Positions 1 through 12,450 are shown, numbered from the whole stretch's first letter. The stretch is 62,752 nucleotides of DNA, filler included, from Asterionella formosa (GCA_002256025.1; 16 parts of 16 records of this genome joined end to end with filler, not necessarily neighbours in it); one strand, 5' to 3'. Notes: a model not told the origin generated them from the letters alone. Program-made: numbers and translations.

Positions 1-649
1 AACAATCTGTAAAGACCGAATCGTATGCAGGATTACCAGATCTAAGTAGAGCAGGATGACCCTTGTGGGTACTGCATCCCTTATACCACTCATCAAAGGG
101 CATATCACGACAGTCTTGACAAGCCTGTATGTAGTTACCAGTTTGATTGTGAGCCTTATGAATGCACCATACTGCCGTACGAAATCCCTTACGCTTTTCA
201 GGGGCATTCCAATCCCCACGACATTTTATAAGATGCCCCATGACATCGTAAACTTCCTTTCCACCAAGATCCAATAATGTCATACTTGGTGCATTGTATT
301 TCCACCATACATACATTACAAGGGATTCTACCTTCATCGATGGACAGTTTGCAGGACATTTGTCCCTAAGCATCAACAGTGACTCATAATCACCAATCAA
401 CTTGAAGAATTTTGTAAGACCACGAAAGTGAACCTCATAGCTTATCGCTGTACGATACCGGAGTGCACTTGTACCAGTCAATTTTGCCAAGCGTCGGTCA
501 ACAGATGTCTTTTTCAATTTGTCCAAAGCATTCAGAATTCCTTGGGCTACTTTATCTTCAATATCTGCTGGTGTATCCTTGGCATATAAGACATCCCGAG
601 GTAGATTGGCAAGCTTTTTAGTCTCACCGCGTGTATTCTTCTTACTCAT
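1..649 (-). CDS. Crypton-like (tyrosine recombinase-type) protein, N-terminal part, truncated by contig end
   Basis: Hand translation from ATG at 649 stays open to the window edge (no stop, so absent from the ORF track): MSKKNTRGE...TAISYEVHFRGLTKFFKLIGDYESLLML...CPSM...DVMGHLIKCRGDWNAP...CQDC...GCSTHKGHPALLRSGNP. This resembles the N-terminal half of stramenopile CryptonS-type proteins as I recall them. The catalytic R-H-R-Y core is not in the window. Confidence 0.6.
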   Translation of the reverse strand, partial: MSKKNTRGETKKLANLPRDVLYAKDTPADIEDKVAQGILNALDKLKKTSVDRRLAKLTGTSALRYRTAISYEVHFRGLTKFFKLIGDYESLLMLRDKCPANCPSMKVESLVMYVWWKYNAPSMTLLDLGGKEVYDVMGHLIKCRGDWNAPEKRKGFRTAVWCIHKAHNQTGNYIQACQDCRDMPFDEWYKGCSTHKGHPALLRSGNPAYDSVFTDC

Positions 650-795
650 TCTGACAATTCAAGTATATGGATGCGAAATTGGCAAGTTAAGTGAACAAAT
701 TATTCATCAAATGTTGGCGGGCTGTAATTTTTAGGATCACATGTATTCCTATACAGTTATGCATATTTATATAGTTGCACGGATTTGATATAGTC

Positions 796-962
796 TGGTG
801 CAATTCAGGTTACTCTAAGTAAAGTGGTGCAATTGGTGGTGCAATTGTGGTGCAACGGTGGTGCAAATGCCAATGGGCAGTTGAATTTACGAATAGTTTT
901 TCCAGTTTCATCCCGTTTTGGGAAAAGTCCCAGTAGGTCTATGCTGGTGCAATGTGGTGCAG
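796..962 (+). repeat. Cluster of TGGTGCAA octamers
   Basis: Six exact copies (796, 825, 837, 848, 859, 945) plus TGGTGCAG at 955, lying between the two minus-strand ORFs. Confidence 0.85.
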
Positions 963-1175
963 CGGCGACATGACGTCACGAAGTCATTTTGAAATATTAT
1001 TGTTGCGCATGTGCACCTTTTCAATATTCATCTCCAACGTTGCATCTTGCACATCACCACACAGAAATGCAAATAAACAGCAAACTCACCAAATGTGATG
1101 ATTGAAAGCGGTCACTGGTTCTTGCTATCGCTAACATGCAATTTCTTTTGTTTTACTAACCAATTTACTCTACAA

Positions 1176-1992
1176 TCAACCTTTGCTACATCCGCAACCT
1201 TTGGAGAATTTTGAGTGGAGGAACTGGGGATGGAGACTGTGGAAAGTGTCTTTGTTGCTGTCGCAATGATTCAGGAAGCATGCGATGATCGGCTTGATGA
1301 ATTTTACATCAAAGAGTCGCATCCTTTCAGTGACATCTGAGTGGAGGAGACGCTCCATTTTTCTTGCAAGATTCAAGATCAACTCAAGCTTCTCATGAGA
1401 ATTTTTCGTTTTTGCAACCTCAAAAATCTCGTCAAATTCTATGGACCCACTTTTCCGGTTTTTCTTTGGTGCTGTGGGGATGGTAGCAGCATCCGTTATT
1501 CCAATTGCATAAACTGTGTTAGTAGAACCATTTTCCTTTGTTGAATCTTGATAACTTGTAGTAGCAGCAATAGCATTAGAATACATCCGATTTTCTTCAT
1601 TCTTCATAACTCGAGCATGTACCACAATGTTGATCAGGCTGCGTAATTTTTCTTCACGAGGGGTAGCTAGCTCGTTCAAAAATAACTCGAGCTGTTCATT
1701 GGCATTCTGCGGCCGTACGTAGCTCATAGCAAGGGTACAGATGTGCGCAGGACTGAAGGAGCTTGGGTGTGACCTTGGGACATTCAATCGATCATGTACA
1801 TACCTTGTAGAAAGCTCCGAAATTTCGCACTGAAAAACCACCGATGGTAGGTTTAATACTAGTGTAGCTGTAGTCACCTTGACAAATATAGACTTGAATG
1901 TACGCACTTTGTTTAAATGATTGTTGTGTATGTGGGCAATTGCTAGCTGGGCATCTGCATCCTCAACATATAACATTGCAGTCTTGAGTGAC
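1176..1992 (-). CDS. Uncharacterised protein, 5'-truncated, with Cys/His-rich C-terminus
   Basis: 266-aa ORF whose frame stays open upstream of the ATG at 1976 to the contig end. It ends ...IIACFLNHC...FLHSKFSKGCGCSKG. Confidence 0.6.
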
Positions 1993-2092
1993 NNNNNNNN
2001 NNNNNNNNNNNNNNNNNNNNNNNNNNNNNNNNNNNNTTAATTAATTAANNNNNNNNNNNNNNNNNNNNNNNNNNNNNNNNNNNNNNNNNNNN
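1993..2092. other. Artificial contig-joining spacer (first of 15)
   Basis: 44 N + TTAATTAATTAA (stops in all six frames) + 44 N. It recurs starting at 4084, 6180, 8271, 10361, 12451, 43950, 46040, 48133, 50223, 52312, 54401, 56490, 58578 and 60669. Confidence 0.98.
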
Positions 2093-2264
2093 AATGACTG
2101 ATCTGTAGTAACAAATACACAAAAACACTTGGGAGTTATAAGATCGCCAAGTATAACTTTCTGTCTGGTGCTGTATAATTGTATCAATGGTGTTGCTTGG
2201 ACGATGTACGCAGCCAGCATAAAATTGAAGGAATAGTATATGCCATTTATATTATCACTGGTGC

Positions 2265-2506
2265 CTTGCCTTGCAAGCTTATTTTCGGTTATTTTATTAG
2301 TGACAACGGAAATGATACCCGCGTGAAAACGTCAGTATCACTGATACCGTTTTTGGAGGGGGCAAAAAAGGTACCAATTTTGTATCAATGATACAAAATT
2401 GATACCATCAAGTTACCGTTGCTGATACCGTGTTTTGATACCAACCGTCACTTTTTGCCCGCAACCCGGAAATGATACAGCAAATTCGGAATGATAAGAA
2501 CGACCC
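2265..2506 (-). mobile_element. Terminus of a PIF/Harbinger-like DNA transposon
   Basis: Reverse complement of 51547-51775. Shared sequence stops abruptly at ...ATAAGAACGACCC (2506), followed by TAA. GGG terminus, TWA flank and repeated subterminal TGATAC motifs. Confidence 0.6.
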
Positions 2507-5500
2507 TAAGATGCAGTCGCTGACTGCTAACTTCAACATGCTGACGTCAAGCAAGCTACTTTGTACATAGGAAGAGACCGACTACCGGTACCAGGTACCG
2601 GTGTACGAATCGTGTCTACTTTTCATTTTAGAATAACGATGGAAACGCATTATCTTTTTGTTGTTGGGATACTAAAAGCAATGCCTTCTACGTTCTTATT
2701 ATACTATCGGGAGTAACATAGACGTATCTGGTACCTGGTACCCGTACATGATAATAAACTGTGAAATCGACATTGATGCGTAGAAAAATTCATTGCTTTC
2801 TATTTCGTGATATTGCTACCACTATGCAACGGTACTATCGTAGAAATGCTGACTTCAACTTACTAACTACTGACTGCGGACTTCGTTTCGCTGACTCCTG
2901 ACTTGATTCGATGAAAATTTGAAAAATCGCTGACTGCTGACTTAAAGTTCATTTTGAAATTAAAACGAGTAACGGCTTAACGTGTATGTAAACGACTATT
3001 TAAAGAATATCGGAGTGGCGCAAAATTTAAGGGTTCGACAATTTTTGGGGCATACCCCCTTCCTTTTTCTTGTATGTGAATCGATGAACAGAAAACTAGC
3101 ATTCTGCACGCCATGTGCGCTGATTACCAGACCTTCCTAGGCGTCGATTGTCTACTGACCTGAGTACAAGTCCTGTTTTTGTGTAGACTGCACCTCGCAG
3201 TACTTGGCTCGTGTCGCCCAATCTAGCATCTGATTGTCAACATCTGCTTTCTTCTTCCCTTGTATGCTTACGTACGTAGTTTTATATCAAGCTAGTGTAC
3301 ACAACCTCATAAAGAAAGTGTAATACCCTGTACTAATTTGTTGCATTACAGATTTACTGAATGTATCAACTAATTGCTGTGGATCACATTTATTCAACAA
3401 CACAACACCAATCTACACAATCCTATTTGCAAAAGTAGTTTCTTGACCTATGGTACAGTTTGTACCACGCTAGATATACTATATCATTAGATGGTATGAG
3501 CCCTATAGAATGTTAATCTTATAAGCTCTTCTATACAGACCATATACTTGTTAAATCTCATTGTAGAGATATACACAACCCACAGACTGTGTTTGTATAC
3601 CACATCAACCATAAGTGAAAGGTGTACCTTTTTACATTACACACATGACTACCATGGAACCCATATGTAGTACATAGCTATACATGTACATGAGAGTTCT
3701 CATGATTAGTACTCTCATGATTAGTACGTGATGCTATACACACAGTTACTAGTAAGTATCTAGTAGTACATATTGCATTATGTACCAGCAGCTATATGTT
3801 ACGTGATAACTAGCTATTTGTACACATCTACCTCTAGCTAGGATAATAGACATACCAATACTAGGCTAAAACATGACACCTAGCATGGACTCTTGACACC
3901 TTGTATGTGTCCTTCTCATCAAGACCCTTGTAAGTCCCCTTGGACTAGGAGCAAATATACTGACCAACCATTGCGCCTAGATAGCGGCAAGGTGCGTTCC
4001 CTGGATCTTCAACAACCTTAAGTGTAAAATAACAAGCTAATTCTTTGACTAACTCATCAGCTGCCGCTGAAATGAGCATAACANNNNNNNNNNNNNNNNN
4101 NNNNNNNNNNNNNNNNNNNNNNNNNNNTTAATTAATTAANNNNNNNNNNNNNNNNNNNNNNNNNNNNNNNNNNNNNNNNNNNNTCATCATCAGACATCTA
4201 CCGGACACTTACGCTGATTTTCGTAGAAATGTTCGGACAGTAGGCCGGTTTTTCAGCCGAAGTCTGAACTTCCGTTCATTCCCATTTCATAATTTAACAC
4301 GGTATATCTAGTACTACTATGTTGAACTTGGAGTGAAGTTTGATCATTTGAGGGAAATACCGGACGAACGGCCGTTTTTTTCTGGTAGCTGTTTTCTCGT
4401 GGCATTTTACATATGTAGTAGTTGTCTTGATGGAATCTGTGTTTATGCACTTCGATGCAAATTACGTAAGTATCATGTGTGAATGGGCAATTGTCAACTA
4501 TCGTACTGGTATCTTAGGAACCAGCGTCACCAAGCAAAAAGGCAAGGACTTGGCTGTGGTACATACGTGGTCTCTCACGATAGGGCCCCTTTTGTACCTG
4601 GTACCTGGTACCATACCATACCATGTACCTACCGGTAGTATACAGCACTTCGATCCAAATTATGGCTTGGTGGCCCCCCCAAAGTACATCAGGTACAAAC
4701 CGGCCCATTGTACCAGTAGCTGGTTCTACTTTTTTAAATTTTAGCACAACCTAATATTTGTTTTGAATACATAAAAGTAGAGTCGTCCAAGTTGATGTCG
4801 TTCATTTCCTCTTCATTAAATATATGAATGAACATACCACTTGTTAATAATAAACCATCATGAATCTCTTGACAAATACATGCCACATACACTGAGGAGC
4901 CACAGCCTCACACTTGATTGCTACACTCACCATGATGATACCTCTGTTTGTCATTGTTTGATCTTCACCATCAACTCCTTGCTATAACTATGATCGACCA
5001 GCAATGCCATCCTCATTGAGTCTCAGATGTTCTTGGTGACAGGTAGTACCATTCGTTCCATGTTCCATGAGCTTGTTGGAAACTTGCAATTGATTTTCAG
5101 TGATAAAGGGAGAACGAATAGAAAGAAACACGACAAATGGTAACAATACTAACAAGCAAGGCACTGAAGGTAATCCTTGCCCGTCAGCATAAATCCAATG
5201 CCCATGTCTGAACATGAAGAGGCGATTTCTCAGAATTGCCAAAAGCTTGCTGTGGTGAATTCTGTCTACAAGTTTCAACCAAAAAACAAGGAAAGGAGAA
5301 AGATATCTACAGGTTTCAACGAAAAGTACAAGAAGGATTTGATCCATTTCAAAGTAATTTAAAATGATGCAATTGATAAGAGAGTCTTGGAATTGAGAGG
5401 ATTGATTTTCGTGGTGACAAGAGAATGCCTTGCATCAATCAAGGATACAAGATTGATGTTGTATGGGGAATGTGGGTCCTCCTTTATTGTTTGTTGAAAC

Positions 5501-6279
5501 AGGAACATTTACCCACGCAAATTCATTTCTGAAATTGAGTGGGCTCAACATATTTGATGTACCACTATAATTTCTGTTTGTAAACATCTTTGGACGAGGA
5601 AGGAAAAAAGAAAGGCAACTAAATCTTGAATGCATTGCATTTTGGTCTCAACCAACGGCCATACATACTTTAATATAATTGTTGCGAAGTAGACAAAGAA
5701 AGATGGACCAAAGCAATGAACATACTTGTTCTCAACCACATATGATTCATAATGATGCGATATAATTGAACTTATTAATCCTTTCCACTTACTAATGTAT
5801 GTTATTAATTATATTCTAGCATTAACTATCTTCCTTGGCAGTTTTGAGGTTCATCAAACTTGTCATGGTTCATTCCTCCTTCTCAGACCAAATGTCCTGT
5901 GCATTTTGCTTTGTAATTTCAAAATGTTTGCTTTGCGTTGCCTTGACAACCAATGTTAAAATCGCTCAAAACTAAATTGGAATGAGTGCCCTCGAGGAAC
6001 CATCATCTCATAGTTCCAATTCTTGAACCAGCAGTGATCAAGCAATCCACAAGATCACATTAAGGAACAAAGATAAGAGAAGGTAAGTGATGGCCATTGC
6101 AATGGCCGTTGTGATGACCAAAAACAAGCACTTTTGAGGGATAAATATTTAAAAGGTGACCAGTCAAGATTCTCAAGGCNNNNNNNNNNNNNNNNNNNNN
6201 NNNNNNNNNNNNNNNNNNNNNNNTTAATTAATTAANNNNNNNNNNNNNNNNNNNNNNNNNNNNNNNNNNNNNNNNNNNN

Positions 6280-8270
6280 ATCTTGTCAGCATGATCCTCC
6301 ATGAAAAGACCAAGGGCATAGCAGCTGAGATTGTTGCTACTGACAAAAAGGCGAAGAAAAGTCTTCGTCATGCCTTGGCCAAGATTGGAGAACGCATGGC
6401 GCTACTCGGCACATTAACTCAGACGGGTGATGATGGTCAAAATAGCACACCAAATCGGCAAATCAAGAAACTAAAGTCAAAAATCAAAGCATTGAAAAGA
6501 AAGGATTCCGAGAAAGGAAGAGGGATAGGCGATAAGAAACAACAGAGCGAGAACATTATATTCCAGATAATGTAATTGAGGCAGTGAAGAAAGCTGGAGG
6601 GAAATTTGGGAGCAAATAGCTATGTGAGCTATCTGCTCAGGGGTGGGAATAAAGAGGAAGGTCGTGTTGTTAAATCGGTATTGAGTGAAGGACATGACAA
6701 TGAGCGAGCCGATTCTGAAGATGATGCGACTGAAGGTCCCAGCCACATGCCAAGTGATGCTGCTTCCGCATCATTCGGCCGCGACTCTCGGAATAGGCAT
6801 TCTGAGAACCCAACCAAAAAGCAAAAGGTCAGCTCAACAAGCAGCACCCGTAGGGAGCTCGCTGGTGTGGTGACTCACTGTAAAGTGGGCTACAAGGTTG
6901 GAAAGGCACTAGTCATACAGCATCCTAATGACTTTAAGGTCACAGCTCGTCTGGAAGTGGATTCCAGAGCCGACACATGTTGTTTTGGGAAAACATTCCG
7001 CCTACTAGAGCAAAGCGATCGAGTGGCAGATGTTCAGGGCTTCTCTGGGGAGCTAGGATCCTTTTCAGATGTTCCAATTGGCACATGTGCAACAGCAATT
7101 GACCTAACAGGGCTACAGGAAACCATCATTGGTGTCTGGAACGAAGGCCTTTACTTTGGCAAGCGTTTAGATGATTCACTCCTCAACCCTAATCAGTGTC
7201 GAGCATATGGTATTGTAGTCGACACCTGCCCCAAGCAATATTCCCAAGGAAAATCTTTGCATGGAATTTATGTTCCAGAACAAGACCTTTTCTTCCCATT
7301 TAAGATGCATGGATGCATCAGCTATCTCACTACTCGCCTCCCTACCGATGATGAATTAGTCAACTGTCGGCACGTCACATTTACTTCCGATGCAGCATGG
7401 GACCCTTATTCGCAGTCCTTTGCCAACCTCGAGAAGGTTTATGAAAATGTTGCTCGTGGAGATACAACTGGGGAGTTCTTTAGCACACATGGCGACATTG
7501 TGCACTGTGTTGGAGCCACTTCCAGCACAGATCGCCGCTCAACTGTGGATGCAGCCACACTGGCCCGACGATGGGGGACAAGTTTGGCAACTGCAGCGAG
7601 TACCCTGCAGGCATCTACAACAAGAGCAGTTCGGTTTTACCCACAAATGGAAGAGCTCTCCCGCCGGTTTCGTACGCGTCAAGGACAGCTACGATACCCT
7701 CACCTTCGTACTAGGTGGTACACTGATACCATGTTTCCCAAGGACAAGGTGAAGTCGGTGAGGGGACACACATGTGCACAACTTTTCTGTAATGATCAGT
7801 GTTGGGCCAAGGTGTATCCAATGCGCTCTGAGGCAGATTGTGGGGATAGATTCAATGCGGCCATCCGGCAATATGGGATTCCAGAACTAGGTATCCACTC
7901 AGACAATGCAGCTGCGGAAACGGGGGACTTCACAGAGTTCGAGAGAGTCCGGAAGATCCACTTAGTTCCTCGCACAACAACAGAGCCTCACAGCCCCTGG
8001 ATGAACAGAGCTGAGAGCGAGATTGGACAATTCAAGACGCATTGGCGTCGTATCATGAATAGGTACAGATGTCCAGACATGCTGTGGTGTTTTGCAGCGG
8101 AATATACCTCCAACATCCGTGAGCTCATGTCTAGACCTGCACTTGAGGGTCGATCTCCATATGAAGTAATGACAGGTGAGACTCCTGATATTTCGGAGTA
8201 TACAGATTTCGATTTCTATCAGTTTGTGATTTACTATGATCCCAATGATATGGACGAGAGTGGCCTGGCC
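6280..8270 (+). mobile_element. Ty1/Copia (CoDi-type) LTR retrotransposon internal fragment: gag end, protease, integrase; disrupted copy
   Basis: Protease motif LEVDSRADTCC. Integrase DDE motifs YTDTMF / HSDNAAAE / PWMNRAESEIG. Relative to the copies at 56590 and 58678 it has a 1-bp deletion (~6555) and a 4-bp insertion (~6618), with a stop at 6573-6575. Confidence 0.9.
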
Positions 8271-8370
8271 NNNNNNNNNNNNNNNNNNNNNNNNNNNNNN
8301 NNNNNNNNNNNNNNTTAATTAATTAANNNNNNNNNNNNNNNNNNNNNNNNNNNNNNNNNNNNNNNNNNNN

Positions 8371-10360
8371 AGTTGACGTCAGAGTTGTATTTGTGTATAC
8401 GGCGTTTCTTTTGATTCTTTCGGACTATCATTAGTTCGATCAATCGTTGGTGTTTCGTTTCACTATTGACACGATCCTCAGGGTCTCCACGAGCGCGCTT
8501 TCTCCACCCGGTATATGCACCCAACAAGAAATGAGGGGATGTATTCGAAGACGGGCTGTCTTCAGGGAGTCCTTTAAACAATGCGTCACGACTTTGTAAC
8601 TGGTCAAGGAATTGTTCGCAGAGAAATCGAGGACGGTGCGTTTCAAGGACGATGTTGCGCTTGGTGAGGCTCATACCTGCAGGATTGTGACCAATGGTGA
8701 TTGATTCACAAGTGCCACCAAGGGATTGGATGCTGCTTGCCTGGTTTATGCTCAAACACACGGTCGCTTCTGATGATGTCAATGCCAGGAGACGACCGTC
8801 TGGTCGACCTGCCACCAAAAGAGACCCACGAACAACACGATGAGTGTGGCGATGCACAAGATGGTCGGTTGGGTTACCATGAAGGACGTTGATGCCCGCG
8901 ATGGAGTATGAACAGGCAAAAATCTTCGAGAGGAAGGCATCGCCTGCCTGCGCAACCCATGGGATATCTCCGATGACTACTGTTCTACCTACCATTCGAT
9001 GCAACAAGTTCCGTCCTTGCAGCAAACGTAGAATGGTTATGTTGATCTGTGGAAGGAAGAAGTAGATCAATGCGTCTAAGCAACGGGTGATGTAAAACGT
9101 CCTCTCAGTATCTAGTCCGCTCACTTTTGCAAGTCCAGTCACAATCGGGAAGCCACTTGTTACTGTCACCATTATGTAGATGAATGACATCACGTACGCT
9201 CGAGCATTCTCAAGAACGTGATCACTCCAAAGTCGTCCAGCATCGCGAAGGCTTCGCTCGGTCTGCAAGCGGTCGCCTTGAAGTCGATTGCCCTCGCAGT
9301 CCACACCAACAATGTTCTCGAGAGCACGAATACAGTCTTGATTGCAGCGTTCGAGAATCTGCAAGTCAGACTCGGTGATGAGAGCGCCGCTCAAATGGCG
9401 AAATTCCTTTGTGCTCAGAATGGTCAAGCAAATGTGTTCGAAAAGGAGAGTCAAAAGCTGCTGTGTAGCTGCTACACTGATGGAACAAGGCTCAGCTGGA
9501 CGCAATCCGATATCTGTGGAAAAGATATGGCTTGCAGTCATCTTATCATCTGCCATGCTGCGTAGCTGTTTTCCAATCTGAGTATCCCATTCGCTAGTAA
9601 CAACAAAGATGTTCTTCGTCGATGCTTGCAACAGATTGGAGCAGGCCAAAGGAGCGAATGTTCCACCGCTATGAGAAACAATGATGACTATGGTATCATG
9701 CAGGTCAGGATTGTTTGTTGATATGGGGTATCCTACTGATGGGATGGCCATATCCTGACCAAACATTCCAAGAAGCTTGTTGCTGCTTACAGACTTGATG
9801 AACAGTCGCGGGAAGACCTTTTGTAAGTCACTTGCAAATTGTTCTGCCAACCATAGGGAAACTTCACACCCTGTCAGCAGTATATCAGCAGTGCCAGCAT
9901 GAGATGGGATCTTTCCGCTGATTCTATCGTTCAAGCGACCCTTGAGACAGCGGCTAAGATTCCAGCCCGTCAGTCGATTGAGTCCAACATTGGCCCAGCT
10001 CTGTTGAATCGCCTTGCATGCTCGTGGAATATCCTGTATGTCGAAAAGAATCAAATCCTTTGCTATTTCTGGGAGAGCTTGCACGAATTCATTACCCTCG
10101 AGTAAGGTCATACGGCTATAGAGCTTGCCGTGTGGAGCCGCAATGCTCTCTTGATGTAGCACTAGGACGACACTTCCACGAAGGACCAAGTGTTGTTGAA
10201 GGTGTCTATTAGGAACACTTACTAAAGCCTCCCCCTCCCCCTCGTCCTGTCCCCAATCAATTAGACAAACCTCCCCACCAAGGTCATCGAGATCAAGGCG
10301 CAGAGTCTCGTCGTCGTGTGATGCGCCAGAGATAGGACGAGTCCACTCGTGTCCACCGGG
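8371..10360 (-). CDS. Large SIS (sugar-isomerase)-domain, GlmS/GFAT-like protein, internal fragment
   Basis: The frame is open across the whole contig (about 660 codons; upstream extension ...LRLDLDDLGGEVCLIDWG...). SIS-like motifs ILLTGCEVSLW, IVIIVSHSGGT and IFVVTSE, followed by hydrophobic segments. Confidence 0.7.
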
Positions 10361-10460
10361 NNNNNNNNNNNNNNNNNNNNNNNNNNNNNNNNNNNNNNNN
10401 NNNNTTAATTAATTAANNNNNNNNNNNNNNNNNNNNNNNNNNNNNNNNNNNNNNNNNNNN

Positions 10461-12450
10461 ATATCACTGTTAACCCTAACCTCGTTATTATGATGAGTTA
10501 GCTAGAATATGCTTCCCAAACGAGGAAAAAAAATCTACCAAAAATTCTCCAAGGTAGAAGTTTGAGCTGGTACAGGCATACCTCATGCTAGACCACGTAA
10601 ATATTTGCCAATATTGGTACCTTGGAGGTATTTTCTGTCCTCAGTAGAAGCCTACCGAGGCCTACGAGAAAATACTAGCTACCTTGGTAGAATTTCGGGA
10701 CTACTATAGGTATACCGGGAATGTAGTCGTAAAAAATTAAACTCCCAGTTAAACCCGTAGTCAAAGCTAGCACTAGTACTTTACTAGTACTAGAGTACAG
10801 TGCACAAAGCTAGCGACAATACCGGTTCTGGTACCAGGTGCCAGTACCTAGTACCGGCGCCCATTTGCTCCTATCGACTGGTTACCAGGGTACGTGTAAG
10901 AGGGAATAGACCATTTTATGTATTTAGAGTACCTGGTACTTAATATTGAGTCACCACGAGTACACATACTATAGCACTATATTACAGTAAATAAAGGACC
11001 AAGTCTATTATTGGTAGGAGTGTATATGTCTAATATACATATACCCGAAATGAAGTGAAAACAATCAATATACAGCTAATGAAAAATAGTGAAAAAAAAT
11101 AATGTAGCTACATTAGCATGAAATCATGCATCTGTGTAATAATAGCCTAAATACAGACTAGCTGTGTATGACCACCAGCGTGATGATCAGTAGATATCAA
11201 TTGATTGGCAATCTAGCCAATCTTTACCTACCGGTACTCTTTTATGTTGTCCGGAAATACCAATACCAATAGAGTAAAATCTATCTACCAACAGTCCCCT
11301 AAATTCTTTCACTACGATACTTCGATCCAATGCCTATTAGCATCTACGTTGCTGAGTATATACATTGATCACTTTATATATGCTATTTTTCAATAAGTCG
11401 AACTCCTTTCAGGTAAATCTATGTTTTCGTTTTCAAGTTATAGCATCTGTTAGTTAACTAGGCCGAAGCTTATGGACCTGAAATACGACGATTGAAGATT
11501 GAGAAGCTATTAAGGCAAAATCGTTGTATTTCGGTATTCAGGAAATTTCATTGCCTCCTTATGGTCCTGAAGATTAAAGACTAAAATACGGTACATGTCA
11601 AATAACCTGATGTCATGATTTGATCTATAATTTCGATGAAAAAATGATAGTCTCGGGGGTATATTGTTTGTAATTGTTACAATGGAAATCATAAACACTC
11701 AAAATTACCATTGTCGTGATTGCTCTTGTTGGAATCAAAGGCCTTCACATCGGCCTGTCGCCTTTCTCCTTCTTCCCAACCACCTCAAGCAACGCCATAC
11801 TGTCCCAATGGTGGTTCAAGCAAACGTTCGTGATCGTGATTGTGGTCATCGAACCTGATGTTGGTACATATCCTGACTGATCTCATGGAATACTTTCTAT
11901 TGTATTGTAGTTCTCAGCCAAGACACACGTATCATTTCGTATCATCCATTGGACACATAAAAATACTCGCTACAGTTGGAAAGACCAAGGAGCGACGAAA
12001 TGCCAGAAACTAAATGATGCTGAGCAGGAGGAAGCCTCCTTAATTGTCAAGGCGGTGGAGAGGCTCAAACTTTAATTGGAGCAGGAGTAGGATCATGATA
12101 AAATTAATAACCGGAACGTTGCCTCCTCACGACGGCTGCTAGAGAAGGAGCTCAACATTCATTTCAAGCGCTTGGAGGTCAATCAGAAAAACGAAGAAGC
12201 ATTCCAAAGACAATGCGGCATATCTGCAAGATTGATCCAAAAGAGGTTCCTTCTATTCCTACTTTACCTTCCTCTGATCCTACTTCAACTCTTTCTGATC
12301 CCATTTTACATCCTCCTTTTGATGATACTTTACCTTCTTCTGATCCTATCATGCCCGTCGTTCCCCCCGAGAATTGTTGCTGAATGAATGGGCTCCAAAA
12401 AGTGCGGTTTGATGATTGCAAGAGACAGGGAGCGAACCTTATATCGCCCT
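10461..12450 (+). repeat. Uncharacterised 1.99-kb multicopy sequence, copy 1
   Basis: Near-identical reverse complement of contigs 44050-46039, 46140-48132 and 48233-50222. No long ORF. Confidence 0.95.

Noticed and set aside
3071..4083. Possible solo LTR in contig 2
   Set aside because: TG...CA candidates exist (e.g. TCAACA at 4014), but no matching TSD, PBS or correctly oriented PPT was found.
4184..6179. Short ORFs in contig 3
   Set aside because: No recognisable motifs and many stops; possibly decayed sequence, but unassignable.
10470..10481. Telomere (TAACCCTAACC)
   Set aside because: Fewer than two repeat units; not a telomeric array.
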